From positions 1-7,541 of the IMG/VR virus record IMGVR_UViG_2645727593_000017: DNA of 7,541 nt; one strand, 5' to 3'. Position numbers and translations under genes: made by a program. The stretch's first letter is position 1. Each line of letters opens with the position of its first letter. Shown here one piece after another: positions 6,109 through 7,541 of the stretch. The notes under the pieces are model-generated. The model had not been told where the DNA came from. It saw only the letters and a list, made by a program, of their open reading frames with translations, and did not search any database. The DNA comes from a virus (lineage: Duplodnaviria > Heunggongvirae > Uroviricota > Caudoviricetes).

Positions 6109-6432
6109 ATGAAAAAAGATAACTATTCATTCAAACGAGCTTGTGCTGTTGTCGGTGGGCAATCAGCAATGGCTAGGCTTTTAGGTGTATCTCCTCCAAG
6201 CGTAAATCAATGGATCAAAGGTGTACGTCAGTTACCTGCTGAGAGATGTCCTGCGATTGAACGAGCAACAAAAGGTGGTGTCCTGTGTGAAGAACTTCGT
6301 CCTGATGTTGATTGGACATACTTACGACGCTCGTCATGTTATTCGCAGAATATGTCGATGAAGCAACCAAATGACGAAAACGATCATACCCGAAGCATCA
6401 AGAGGCAAATGATTCATGAAAATCAAACATGA
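6109..6432 (+). CDS. ydaS: Cro/YdaS-like HTH regulator, 107 aa
   Basis: ATG at 6109 with GGAG 8 nt upstream; the track ORF begins at an upstream GTG at 6088. HTH segment QSAMARLLGVSPPSVNQWIKGVRQLP. Divergent from the repressor across the operator region. Its 3' end overlaps the next gene by 17 nt. Confidence 0.7.
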   Translation: MKKDNYSFKRACAVVGGQSAMARLLGVSPPSVNQWIKGVRQLPAERCPAIERATKGGVLCEELRPDVDWTYLRRSSCYSQNMSMKQPNDENDHTRSIKRQMIHENQT

Positions 6433-6841
6433 GCACATCCGCATGGCGATGAATGCCTGGGCATACCCTGATGGTGAGAAAGTTCCTGCAGCTGAAATAG
6501 CCCGGACTTATTTCGAACTGGGGATGACGTTCCCTGAACTGTACGACGACAGCCATCCGGAAGCCCTGGCCCGTAATACCCAGAAAATTTTCCGTTGGCT
6601 GGATAAAGACACCCCTGATGCTGTTGAAAAAATGCAGGCTCTGTTACCGGCGATCGAAAAGGCGATGCCGCCTTTGCTGGTGGCCCGTATGCGCAGCCAC
6701 AGTTCTGAATATTACCGTGAGATCGTCGAACGGAGGGATCGGCTGGTGAAGGATGTCGATGATTTTGTTGCGTCAGCGGTTGTTTTGTATGACCAGATGA
6801 ATCGCGGCGGCCCGGCAGGGAATGCTGTGGTGATGCACTAA
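6416..6841 (+). CDS. ydaT: YdaT-like protein (CII-like or toxic regulator family), 141 aa
   Basis: ATG at 6416 with AGAGG upstream, overlapping the ydaS-like stop. Length and position match the Rac racR-ydaS-ydaT arrangement. The antisense ORF 6423-6881 is P/S/R-rich and judged spurious. Confidence 0.65.
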   Translation: MKIKHEHIRMAMNAWAYPDGEKVPAAEIARTYFELGMTFPELYDDSHPEALARNTQKIFRWLDKDTPDAVEKMQALLPAIEKAMPPLLVARMRSHSSEYYREIVERRDRLVKDVDDFVASAVVLYDQMNRGGPAGNAVVMH

Positions 6842-6863
6842 AAGCACGGTGTTCGGGGGTTTT

Positions 6864-7541
6864 ATGAGCAGCAAGCTTCATGGTCTTGTCTGGGAAGGGT
6901 GCGCCTTCACCGGCATGATCTTATCCAGGGTGGCGGTTATGGCCCGTCTTGCAGACTACAGCAATGACGAGGGCGTGTCATGGCCTGCCATTGAAACTAT
7001 CCGGCGTCAGATCGGTGCAAGAAGTGAATCCACAGTGAAATCGGCTATTGCAGAACTGGCGAAAGAGGGCTGGCTGACGAAGGAAGAGCGTAAGGTCGGT
7101 GGGCGTAATGTAAGCAATATCTATCGGCTTAATGTGGAAAAACTCGAAGCAGCTGCGGCGGCGGCGCGTGAGTCATATAAACCGAAAAGAAAAATTAGCC
7201 CGGCAAAAAATGACCCGTTAACAGTTGACCCGTCAAATATTGACCCCTCAACGGTTGACCCGTCAAATTTTGATGGATCAACTGTTGATAAAAAACTGCC
7301 GATTAGGGGGGCGATGATTGACCCCGATCCGTCAGTATTAAAACCTGATCCGTCAGATAAAAGATCTTCTTGTCCGGACGCTTCGCAACCGGACCCGCAG
7401 ACGGCTGAACAGGATTTTTTAACCCGACACCCTGACGCGGTTGTGTTCAGTGCGAAAAAACGCCAGTGGGGAAGTCAGGAAGATTTGGTGTGCGCACAGT
7501 GGATCTGGGGACGAATCGTGAGTCTTTACGAGCAGGCGGCC
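6864..7541 (+). CDS. Replication initiator, lambda O-like, with N-terminal winged-helix and internal iterons; 3'-partial (runs off the window)
   Basis: ATG at 6864 with GGGGG upstream; open to the window end (226 codons). The N-terminus (ARLADYSNDEGVSWPAIETIRRQIGARSESTVKSAIAELAKEGWL) looks like a helix-turn-helix replication protein. Tandem DNA iterons inside the coding sequence encode DPLTVDPSNIDPSTVDPSNFDGSTVD. Confidence 0.7.
   Translation, partial: MSSKLHGLVWEGCAFTGMILSRVAVMARLADYSNDEGVSWPAIETIRRQIGARSESTVKSAIAELAKEGWLTKEERKVGGRNVSNIYRLNVEKLEAAAAAARESYKPKRKISPAKNDPLTVDPSNIDPSTVDPSNFDGSTVDKKLPIRGAMIDPDPSVLKPDPSDKRSSCPDASQPDPQTAEQDFLTRHPDAVVFSAKKRQWGSQEDLVCAQWIWGRIVSLYEQAA
7209..7300. repeat. 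Iteron array (candidate phage replication origin) with adjacent A-rich tract
   Basis: Four or five copies of a 15-16-bp unit with an internal palindrome TTGAC-CC-GTCAA: tgacccgttaacag, ttgacccgtcaaatat, ttgacccctcaacgg, ttgacccgtcaaattt, tgatggatcaactg. These are followed by ttgataaaaaactg. Confidence 0.55.

Noticed and set aside
6423-6881. Minus-strand 152-aa ORF overlapping the ydaT-like gene
   Set aside because: P/S/R/G-rich low-complexity product, antisense to a gene with a good start context and operon logic. Judged spurious.
1-7541. tRNA genes, CRISPR repeats, IS elements or terminal inverted repeats, and an att site
   Set aside because: No T-loop (GGTTCGAAT-like) or cloverleaf candidates, no regularly spaced repeat-spacer array, and no transposase-like ORF. 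The att site is expected just beyond the int 3' end, which is outside the window.

Overview
This window is the early-left and immunity region of a lambdoid, Rac-like enterobacterial prophage, read from the sequence alone with no database search. On the minus strand, from left to right, lie a lambda-family tyrosine integrase (1-1119), an overlapping excisionase (1088-1339), and a single ~850-codon reading frame split by one in-frame TGA into a 589-aa ORF (1182-2951) and a 258-aa ORF (2961-3737). The 589-aa part carries a C4 zinc ribbon and a complete DEDDh (DnaQ-like) 3'-5' exonuclease motif set. Further right are a 73-aa KilR-like ORF (3861-4082), a ~550-bp ORF-free gap, three translationally coupled small ORFs (4656-5270), and a 158-aa HTH repressor (5508-5984). 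On the plus strand are a Cro/YdaS-like HTH gene, an overlapping YdaT-like gene, and the 5' part of an O-like replication initiator containing an iteron array, which runs off the window end. The repressor gene is flanked by a perfect 23-bp inverted repeat that places a TTGACA -35 box plus palindromic operators on each side (PL leftward, PR rightward). The most unusual element is the large interrupted zinc-ribbon/DEDDh nuclease gene sitting where Rac carries recET; it is the best candidate for an undescribed accessory function. No tRNA, rRNA, CRISPR array or IS element was seen.
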